Position numbers and translations under genes: made by a program. From Marsupella aquatica (lineage: Eukaryota > Plantae > Marchantiophyta): a DNA stretch of 64,000 nucleotides. The stretch is from NCBI GenBank assembly GCA_973895155.1, contig OZ316893.1, positions 18,011,836 to 18,075,835 of the forward strand. The letters are read 5' to 3'. Shown piece after piece: positions 14,118-22,423 of this stretch. The notes beneath the pieces were generated by a model. That model was not told the DNA's origin and did not search any database. It worked only from the letters and a program-made list of their open reading frames with translations. Position 1 is the first letter of the stretch. Each line of letters opens with the position of its first letter.

Positions 14118-14480
14118 AGGTGCAAGGCGCTCAATGGAAGTAAGCTCAAAACCACCTTGAGAAATAGAAAGACTGAGTTGTTAGTGAAGCCACAAAGATG
14201 AGAGCAAAGTACCTGGCCCTAAAACAGAGGCCAAATTCTCATGAATGGAGATCATATCAAACGCTCGGTGCTATAGACAAAGATCTTTGGTAGGGGCATG
14301 CATCCTAGCCAAATAAGATGCGCGAGGGTGGATGCATCTCAACAGCATCCCAAATGCTCCTGAGAATCTGCTAGCTTAGGGAGCATAGGAGTAGGGGCTA
14401 AGGCAGCCTATAGAGCGTCAGCAATGAAAGATGAGCAAAAGGAGATAGTACCAACTGGGGAGCCAAGGACCCAAAGACGG

Positions 14481-15330
14481 TGTCGTGCCGAAAGATTTTG
14501 GCTCAGGAATGGCTTTTATAGGGGATGATGGGCGAGGCCTCCCGGTTGGGTTGCGTGCATGCTGACTCAGAGGGGCTGCTTGGTTGGATGGATTGAGGTT
14601 TGGTGATTGGGTGACTTGTCGTCACCAGGTTTGGTGTTTGGATGAGTCACCAGGCTTGGAGTTTGGATGAGCCTCATTGATGGCACCTGGCTCAGGCTGG
14701 ATGGTTGGGTTTCCGATGCTACTTAAGACTTGAGCCTTGGCTCATTGAGGTTGGTGATTGTCTATTGAGGTCTGTTGAGTTGCGTTTTGTGAGTTCCGCT
14801 CTGTTCTGCGGAACTAGATTGTTGTGCGGCGGTTTTGGAGTTCTGAGTGAGTTTTTCGATCCAGGTGGAGAGTTTTCGATCCAGGCAGGGAATTGCTCGA
14901 GTCTGGAGTCTCGTTGATCCAGGCGGGGATTTCTCAAGTTTGGAGTCTTGTCAATCCAGGCGAGGATTTCTTGAGTTTGGAGCCTCGTTGGTCCAGGCCC
15001 GAGTTCCGTGTGAGTTGTTTTAGACTAGTGGAGTAGCTAGTCGAGTTTTGGTTTTGTGAACTAAGGAGGATAGTTTTTCTGTCAGATTTTGAGTAGTTAG
15101 TCACTCAAGGAGTTCTGCTCGACAAGTTAGAGGTAGCGGCCCGCCGTAGGGCCAGCTACCAGACTCTTGCGGGCAAGCTTACTCGAGGGCACCTATTGTA
15201 ACCTTTGTGAGAAAAGTAAAAAATATAAAGGAGTGAGAGTTCGCTCCAAAAAGTGCTTGTCACCTGTCCCGATCATAGCCAGAAATGCGTAGTTTGCCCA
15301 AGGAGCCCCTAACTTTAAGTCCTCGCGACA
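14481..15330 (+). repeat. Element C 5' LTR (850 bp)
   Basis: Direct repeat of 18599-19483. TG...CA ends and an internal ~35-bp tandem unit. Confidence 0.93.
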
Positions 15331-15331
15331 T

Positions 15332-15349
15332 TGGCGACCATACTAGGGA
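15332..15349 (+). promoter_or_regulatory. Primer-binding site of element C, tRNA-Arg-like
   Basis: TGGCGACCATACTAGGGA starts 1 nt after the LTR. The tRNA identity is recalled from plant tRNA-Arg 3' ends, not searched. Confidence 0.8.
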
Positions 15350-15362
15350 GTCCTTGGGGTGA

Positions 15363-17243
15363 TTGGATGAGATGGGTGACTATGACAAAGTCAATCGGAT
15401 ATCGAGCATCGTCATGTCGATGATGAGAACCATAAGGAAGGAAGAGCTTGAGTCGAAAAGGGCGAACAGGGAAGCGAATAGAACTACTCGGTGTCTCCAA
15501 GAGGTGCTGAAGAAGAATGGGCAGTTCGATGGGAGAAATGTGACAAGCTACCTTAAGTATTACTTGACAGAAGCAGTTGTCTACAAGTTGGACGAAGGGA
15601 CGGCGGTGAAAGAGTTCATGGTGCTGGTTGAGAAGGAGTTGAGTTCGACGGTGCAGACCATCGTTGAGTCAGTTGAGGGCTGGGATGACTTTGACCAGAA
15701 GATGAAAGAGGAGTTCCAAGCGGAGGATGCTGATCGGGTCACGCAAGCTACCTTCTTGGATTGGTTGAATGACAGGAACAAGAAGCTGAAGGGGCCGCAA
15801 GAGCTCCTAAGGGAGTTCAAGAGAAGGGTGTCTCAGTTACCGAAGCGGGATGTGGGAATCATCGAGTTGCAGCGCTCGACGCTCTTCTTGAGGGCAGCCG
15901 ATGAGGACCTTCGAGAGGAGCTTGAGAACACGATGGAGCTGCTGGAACCTTCAAGAGTTACCTTGTCTAACGACTGGAACCAAGTTGAGAAAGCGGTGTT
16001 GAAAGTGAGCAATCAACACCGGCGGCGAGAGCTAGACAAGGAGGCTACCACTCTCGACCTAAGGCCGCCGGAACTGATATTGAGGAAAGGGAAGCGAGAA
16101 CCAGTGAAGGATGAGATCAAACCATCAGTGGATGATCTTGCAGAAATGATGCAGAACCTGAAGATCTTGGCGGCACATGCGGTCGAGAATCCAAAACCGA
16201 GGGTTGCGAGTGCTCCCGAGAGGAAGCGAGAGATGCAGAGTTGGCCATGCATGTGGTGCAAAGAGCATGACAAACGGGAGTGCCTGGACCTGAGGGAAGC
16301 TGCGGATAAAGGGCTGATCAAGTTTGTCGGTGAAGTTGGTCAGAAAAAGACATTGTTTGCCGATACTGAGGAGCCGATTCCATTCAACTCCAACAAGGGA
16401 GGCATGAAGGCTTTGGCTGAGAAGCGAGCTGGGAAGCGAGTCAAAGAGGCGTCCTCTTTGCACCTGGAAGCAAATGTTTACAATGTGGAGTTGGATGGCC
16501 CCGTGACGGAAACGGACAAGTTTTACAAGCGCTTGGCGGATCTGGTGCGAGAGAGATTCGGATGGAGTGACCCGGTGCTGATCAATGCAATAACGGTTGA
16601 GGTTGGGGCTAGTTGGGATGCCTCGGTTGAGTCAAAAAGGAAGAAAACCGACAAGGATGACACTCCGTCTCAATCAGGGGAACGAGAGAGGCGGGATACT
16701 CAAGACAAGGAAAGGAGGGTTAGGTTCGAAGAAGAGGAAATGAGCGAGAAAGAGCCGGAGAAAGGGAAACCAATCAGGAAGGACCCGGGCTGGGTGCTTG
16801 GCAGGGACGTGGACCAGGCCATGTACCCGGAGGTTGTAGCTAAGAAGTTTTGGAGCCAACAGGCTCAAGGGTTTACCAACGCCGAGTTCTTTGGCAGTAT
16901 GAGGCGGGAGATCCAGGAAGCGATCTTGGAGAGATCCAAGAGGAAACGGATTTACAAAGAGGGCCCTCACACCTTGATGGGGGAGGCTGGCGAGACGGAA
17001 ATTAGGAGTTTCCAAACTTACACTGCTGGGGTGTCCATGGGTTTAAGTAGTAAGCTTGCTAGCCCCGAAGAGTCAAACTTGGGGGAACCGAAGATGGTCA
17101 AGTCCCTTGAAGAGGAGCTCATGAACTTGGACAATGAGTTCTTCGATGCGGAAGAGGAGCTCATGGGAACCGGAAGCGAAGCTGAGTCTGTGGCAAACAG
17201 GGACCCGACCGAAGGGGGAGAACGGGAAAGCATTACCGCATAG
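15363..17243 (+). CDS. gag: Gag-like protein of element C
   Basis: 626-aa ORF after the PBS, with FDGRNVTSYL and a CMWC..H....C knuckle. Homologous to D gag (RTTRCLQ/RVTKCLQ, PGWVLGR, KRIYKEGP). Confidence 0.8.
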   Translation: MDEMGDYDKVNRISSIVMSMMRTIRKEELESKRANREANRTTRCLQEVLKKNGQFDGRNVTSYLKYYLTEAVVYKLDEGTAVKEFMVLVEKELSSTVQTIVESVEGWDDFDQKMKEEFQAEDADRVTQATFLDWLNDRNKKLKGPQELLREFKRRVSQLPKRDVGIIELQRSTLFLRAADEDLREELENTMELLEPSRVTLSNDWNQVEKAVLKVSNQHRRRELDKEATTLDLRPPELILRKGKREPVKDEIKPSVDDLAEMMQNLKILAAHAVENPKPRVASAPERKREMQSWPCMWCKEHDKRECLDLREAADKGLIKFVGEVGQKKTLFADTEEPIPFNSNKGGMKALAEKRAGKRVKEASSLHLEANVYNVELDGPVTETDKFYKRLADLVRERFGWSDPVLINAITVEVGASWDASVESKRKKTDKDDTPSQSGERERRDTQDKERRVRFEEEEMSEKEPEKGKPIRKDPGWVLGRDVDQAMYPEVVAKKFWSQQAQGFTNAEFFGSMRREIQEAILERSKRKRIYKEGPHTLMGEAGETEIRSFQTYTAGVSMGLSSKLASPEESNLGEPKMVKSLEEELMNLDNEFFDAEEELMGTGSEAESVANRDPTEGGERESITA

Positions 17244-17261
17244 TCGAGGACCATTCATGTC

Positions 17262-17966
17262 ATGGGCTCAATGAAAGGAAACGGTTATGCTTACCGAGAT
17301 GGATACTGGGCTCGAGCAAGTCCGGAGAGTGAGTGTCAGTTGGAAGGAATGGAAGGCAAGGTGCGGGCGCTCATTGATACTGGCTCGGAGATCAACTTGA
17401 TGGATCCAAAGGTGTTTCAAAAGGGGAATTGGCCGGTGGACAATGAGTTGCTTTGGAGTGTGAACTCGGTGAGTTCAATGAAGGACTATCTTTGGGGCAG
17501 ATGTCCGAATGTGATGGTGAAGTTCGGGAATGTCAAGCAGGCTTGTAACATTTTTGTTCATGAGCACTTGTCGTTTCCGGTGATACTGGGCATGCCGTTC
17601 ATCACTGAATGGAGGATGGAGACGAAGGTTCAGATGGATGATACTACCTTCATGGTGAAGGTTCGGGGCAAAGATGATAAGGAGGTGGTTCAGTTTCCGA
17701 CGGTTCTACCTGGAAATGAGAGGAACCAAAAGCAGCTGCGAGATCCAACAGCCGCAGAAGTTGGCATTGCTATGGGGGAGAACCGAGGTGCTAAGATGGA
17801 TCTAAGTGCGGAGTTCAAAGGGGAGCCAATTTCGGACCGAAAGATGGGGAGTCTAGTGTTCAAGGAAGAGTGTTACTCAGGAGAGCTACTGGACATTGGG
17901 AAGTATCTGAGTGACTTTGGGAAGCAGCTGAAGCAAGATGGTAAAGGGCACGAAGCCATTGAGTGA
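17262..17966 (+). CDS. Retropepsin-type aspartic protease of element C
   Basis: ALIDTGSEINLM and VILGMPF motifs. Same frame as gag, separated by a single TAG. Confidence 0.85.
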   Translation: MGSMKGNGYAYRDGYWARASPESECQLEGMEGKVRALIDTGSEINLMDPKVFQKGNWPVDNELLWSVNSVSSMKDYLWGRCPNVMVKFGNVKQACNIFVHEHLSFPVILGMPFITEWRMETKVQMDDTTFMVKVRGKDDKEVVQFPTVLPGNERNQKQLRDPTAAEVGIAMGENRGAKMDLSAEFKGEPISDRKMGSLVFKEECYSGELLDIGKYLSDFGKQLKQDGKGHEAIE

Positions 17967-18511
17967 ATTCTGATAAGTTCATTCTTAGAGAGGGCTACCT
18001 TTGGCGGAAACCTAAGGGCCCCATGCTAGTACCAAGGAGAGTTGTCGATTCTAAGGATGAGCAAAAGCGGATTTTTGAGGAAGTCTATGATGCTGAGGTC
18101 AAAGGTGGTTTGAAAGGAATAAGGGCGAAGGTCTGTGAGCAGATCCGAACGGAGTATTGGTGGCCAGATTTGTATTGGGATGTTCAAGAGTATGCTGACA
18201 ATCGAGGGATCCATCACAACTTGAAGAGGCAGATTCAAGAGCTTGATCGGATTGACTATCGAGTTGTTGACATACGGGAGAGAGTGAAGGTTTGCAAGGT
18301 GCAAACTAGAGAGGGAATGGACTCAAGTTCCGACTTGAGTGAGTTTGAAGACGAGGCACTAGTCCAGGTGCATCCGTTGGACTTGAGTTTCGAAAGTGGC
18401 TTGACTGGTTCTGATTCGGATGAGTTGGACTTCGAGTTTCTGGAGAGTGGAGTGCCTAAGGCCGAGTCTGAAGGCTTTGGGTTTGAGTTTCTTGAGGAGG
18501 AAGTGGTCTAG
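17963..18511 (+). CDS. Integrase N-terminal (zinc-binding-region)-like remnant with an acidic tail
   Basis: FILREGYLWRK..PRRVV..RIFEEVYD..YWWPDLYWDVQEY. The HHCC ligands are absent and there is no DDE core. Confidence 0.65.
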   Translation: MNSDKFILREGYLWRKPKGPMLVPRRVVDSKDEQKRIFEEVYDAEVKGGLKGIRAKVCEQIRTEYWWPDLYWDVQEYADNRGIHHNLKRQIQELDRIDYRVVDIRERVKVCKVQTREGMDSSSDLSEFEDEALVQVHPLDLSFESGLTGSDSDELDFEFLESGVPKAESEGFGFEFLEEEVV

Positions 18512-18598
18512 GCGCATGGCTCGAGTTTGGGCTCAGACTTAGAGGAAATCTGATCGATTGGAGCAGACTGGAGGCTGCTCAGGTTTACTGGGGGAGGA

Positions 18599-19483
18599 TG
18601 TCGTGCCAAAGATTTTGGCTCAGGAATGGCTTTTATAGGGGATGATGGGCTAGGCCTCCCGATTGGGTTGCGTGCATGTTGACTCAGAGGGGCTGCTTGG
18701 TTGGATGGATTGAGGTTTGGTGATTGGGTGACTCGTCGTCACCAGGTTTGGTGTTTGGGTGAGTCACCAGGCTTGGAGTTTGGATGAGCCTCGTTGATGC
18801 AGCTGGCTCAGGCTGGATGGTTGGGTTTCCGATGCTACTTAAGACTTGAGCCTTGGCTCATTGAGGTTGGCGATTGTCTATTGAGGTCTGTTGAGTTGCG
18901 TTCTGTGAGTTTCGCTCCGTTCTACGGAACTCGACTATTGTGCGGCGGTTTTGGAGTTTTGAGTGAGTTTTTCGATCCAAGTGGGGAGTTTTCGATCCAG
19001 GCAGGGAATCGCTTGAGTCTGGAGTCTTGTTGATCTAGGCGGGGATTTCTCAAGTTTGGAGTCTTGTTGATCTAGGCGGGGATTTCTCAAGTTTGGAGTC
19101 TTATCGATCTAGGCGAGGATTTCTCAAGTTTGGAGCCTCATTGGTCCATACCCAAGTTCCGTGTGAGTTGTTTTAGACTAGTGGAGTAGCTAGTCGAGTT
19201 TTGGTTTTGTGAACTAAGGAGGATAGTTTTTCCGTCAGATTTTGAGTAGTTAGTCACTTGAGGAGTTCTACTCGACAAGTTAGAGGCAGCGGCCCGCCAT
19301 AGGGCCAGCTACCAGACTCTTGCGAGCAAGCTTACTCGAGGGCACCTATTGTAACCTTTGTGAGAAAAGTAAAAAATATAAAGGAGTGAGAGTTTGCTCT
19401 GAAAAGTGTTTGTCACCTGTCCCGATCGCAGCCAGAAATGCGTAGTTTGCCCGAGGAGCCCCTAACTTTAAGTCCTCGCGACA
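18599..19483 (+). repeat. Element C 3' LTR (885 bp, one extra 35-bp unit)
   Basis: Direct repeat of 14481-15330, preceded by the PPT. Confidence 0.93.
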
Positions 19484-19596
19484 ACGGCATGCTGGATGTA
19501 AGAACCCAAGGGGAAGCGTGAGATCAGAGGGTAACCCAACTGGACTCCATGCGCGACACTTCACAGGATGAATATGTGAACCAAGGCCCATCAAAT

Positions 19597-21340
19597 CACT
19601 ACAACACTGTGCACCTCTTTTGCGAACCGCCACCCTTTGCATCATACAAAGGAAACAAAATCCAAAATACCCACTTTGCGAACTTACTCGCATCGCAACG
19701 TCTTTGCTACTTCCCATCTTAAATCCTTCGCAAACGGCCCTTCGCAACTACTTCGCAACTTGCAATTCTAAATACCTCGCAACATCTCCGCAACGTTGCG
19801 ACAACATTGTCTTGGCAAATATTGAGAAACGACAAATTTCATTATTTTGTGAGAACAAATGGATCGCTCATGTTGCGATAACACCCACATCGCAATTTCC
19901 GATGTTAACTTTTTCTATAACGTGCGATGCAAACTACCTTGCAAGATTGCAAAAATTGGATGACCGATTTGTTGCAAAGTCATTTAACTCACAAACGTGC
20001 GAAGAGGTAGTCTTCGCTAGGGTTGTGAGTTAGACAACATCGCAAGTGTTATGATGCTTTTGTTCTCGGAATTTTTGCGATACATTTGCCGTGGCTCTTT
20101 GAGATGGGGGTTGGTTCTCAAAAGCTTCGCAAAATGTATTTTTTATGGGTTTTTGTGTATTTGGGTTAGGGTGAGGGTGAGGGAGACCATTCATGGGTTT
20201 TGAAGGAGGGAGGAAAGTGATGTTGACCCAGTCTGTCGGAATTAAAATTGCATTACTGAAAAAGTACAAAAGTTACAAAATGGAAGGGTAAAAACCCTTA
20301 GGTAAAGCGCCACGGCCATGCATGCTGATCGCTATACATGTGAACTCGATGTACTATAGGGTACGCTCTAGCTACAACCTGTCTACATAGAGCTAGAAAG
20401 GAGTGTTCTTGCCCCTCCTCGCCTTCTTCCCCTTGGCCTTCTCCTTGCCCTTGCGTGCTCTTGGGGGGGTGCAACCTGGACTTCCTCCTCCTCTTGGTCA
20501 CCCTCGGGGTCACCCTCCTCCTCATCCTCATCCTCATCCCCACCTCCACCGCCCTGGCTTGCCGCGCTACCACCCCCAGCACCACTGGAATGTGCTGATG
20601 CAAATGACTGGTCTCCAGTGCTAGTTGGCCTGGCTTGAGTAGCAGGAGCTGTGCTCCCCTCCCCTGTCCCCTCCACATCCTCATCACTACTATCGGTGCC
20701 ACCCTTGGTATGGGAGTCACCATCCTCCCCTCCCTACTTCCATTAGCAAACCAGGGTGTCGGTTAGTCTCATATTCTTTACAAGTGTGAACAAAAGAGAT
20801 ATTCAATCAAAATTGCAATGAATGTAATAACCTAAAAATGCTCACCAATAATTCATCAACTTGCTGAAAGAGATGCTCCTTCCCATGTTTCTGGCCCCAC
20901 CTCCATCTCAGCCGCCGTAATCTTCCTCTTGTACCTCTTGTACTAAGCCAAAACAAAACCAGCACAATTGGGTTAACACCAACCCATAACCCGATTCACA
21001 TGGCTTCTAAAAATTAGGGGGTTTGTTGGGGCTGGTGGGGTGGGGCATCAAGGTTTTGGGTTTATGGAGGGTGGCATATATGGGGAAGACCCTCAAAGAA
21101 CACTTAAACGACCGGAAAATTTAAGAATTCAAATTTTTGAAATTTTGCGAAGGCGTTAGCTTCGCAATCATAAGGACAATTACGTTTGCAAAGCTAGTTG
21201 CAATGCGAACGTCTTCGCAACGCCTTTGCAAACGTAAGCAAAAAAAGGGCATAATAAGGTTTGCGAAGGATTTGCGAAGCTACTCGCATCGCAAATGCAT
21301 CGCAAACTCTATCATGGCAAAAGCCCAAGAGGGAAGCAAC
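19597..21340. mobile_element. CACTA-like DNA transposon end with subterminal repeats
   Basis: Begins CACTACAA exactly where non-LTR homology stops. Dense TCGCAA/TTGCGA repeats at 19620-20130 and 21140-21310. The other terminus is not found. Confidence 0.7.
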
Positions 21341-21664
21341 TGTACGTGACCTAATCTGACACAACAAGTCTCATTGTAACTACTTGGTGGAAATGCAAGA
21401 AAGAGTTGGCTCATTGTAGGTGTGTTGGAATAGGAATTGGAGTAGCCTGAAGTCAAGGGAGGAGAGGGAGGTGCACTCATGAATGCTACTTTGAGGCCGG
21501 GGAGGCCACCTTGACCTAGCCTGTGGGTGATGTTGGGCTTGTCTCAGACTGTGATGCCTAGACAGGAATCACTCGGCCGGTTAAGTGGGTAAAGCAGGAA
21601 GGCACCCTAGGAACACCTTAGTATAGTGACAAAACAAGGAAAATATAAACAATTAGGGGCAACC

Positions 21665-22423
21665 ATGGAACCCGGGCCGAGGCCGGAGGTAAGGCTAAGG
21701 GTGAAAACCCGATTAGGGTTAGGGCGCGTTAAGCGTCGGTGGCTAGGAAGGATCAACGGGAAGAAGGACCGGCAGAGGAGAGGGGTAAGGAGCGCTTGCA
21801 GGAGATGGTGGCTCATTTGCGAGCACGAACTAGGCAGACGACTACGGGAGGCCAACTACTGTCAGCTGCTTAGGCAAGCACTCGGGGAGAGAGTAGATAC
21901 CGACGATCGACCTAAGGAGGGTATGAGCAACGTCAATCAAGCGGCACATTTCTGGGGATGCCTGTTCGAACGGGCAACTGAGTACATCAAGACTTACGAG
22001 GACGAGGAGTCAGAAAGGGCAGCTCGAGAACGGCAGGAGCTCGCTCGATTGTGGGAGCTGCAGAAGACGGCTTTCTTAGGAGGCGAACTCATCAAGGACG
22101 AGTTCCTGTGGACGCCTACTTCCAATCAACTCGACGATCTTCTGTTTTGCAAAGACAGCGTCGTCGGCATCCGAGAGGCCATCAAGAACTGCAACGACAT
22201 ACACTGGGAATTAAAGGGTAGCACGGAAAGGTGGACCCAGGCAACGGTGCTAGGAGAAACCTCCACGGCAGCAGAGATGAAGAGGAAGGGAGCCGTCAAC
22301 GATGAAGCCACCCCGGCAAAAAGAACGAGGTCGGCGGCACCAAAGAAGCCAGCCGAGCAGGAGGCAGGGAGAAGCCGAAGAGGAGGAGGTCGATCCCATC
22401 AAGGCCATTCCAACCAGGGATGA
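21665..22423 (+). CDS. N-terminal part of the LTR-A-encoded protein (unknown domain)
   Basis: Conserved in the second LTR copy (MSNVNQAAHFWGCLFERATEYI...LWTPT). Separated from the next ORF by an 8-nt deletion. Confidence 0.7.
   Translation: MEPGPRPEVRLRVKTRLGLGRVKRRWLGRINGKKDRQRRGVRSACRRWWLICEHELGRRLREANYCQLLRQALGERVDTDDRPKEGMSNVNQAAHFWGCLFERATEYIKTYEDEESERAARERQELARLWELQKTAFLGGELIKDEFLWTPTSNQLDDLLFCKDSVVGIREAIKNCNDIHWELKGSTERWTQATVLGETSTAAEMKRKGAVNDEATPAKRTRSAAPKKPAEQEAGRSRRGGGRSHQGHSNQG

Larger units (their letters stand above)
14481..19483 (+). mobile_element. Element C: complete non-autonomous Ty3/Gypsy LTR element (gag + protease + integrase N-terminal remnant; no RT, RNase H or integrase core)
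   Basis: Paired TGTCG...CGACA LTRs, PBS, PPT (gggggagga, 18590-18598) and 4-bp TSD ACGG (14477-14480, 19484-19487). Confidence 0.93.
12600..19596 (-). mobile_element. Decayed RLE-type (CRE/R2-like) non-LTR retrotransposon, interrupted by a MITE and element C and cut at 19596 by a CACTA end
   Basis: Minus-strand pieces join in order. RT end HPVKCRAWSP...PAC|RLWVLGSPVG is in frame across element C. Then GASGWLQANP, the zinc finger CTCG..HLLWC..H, an endonuclease-like VD..VDV...K..K..FLPLALEIFG, and the C-terminal CISVTLQRAQAWAI near 12830-12870. Confidence 0.8.

Noticed and set aside
20298-20723. Acidic, His- or Pro-rich ORFs inside the CACTA-like segment
   Set aside because: Low-complexity triplet sequence with no transposase motif. 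At most a decayed exon.
22302-22423. Programmed frameshift between the 265-aa and 992-aa ORFs
   Set aside because: The two LTR copies have different indels (-8 and +1), which points to an ancestral single ORF.
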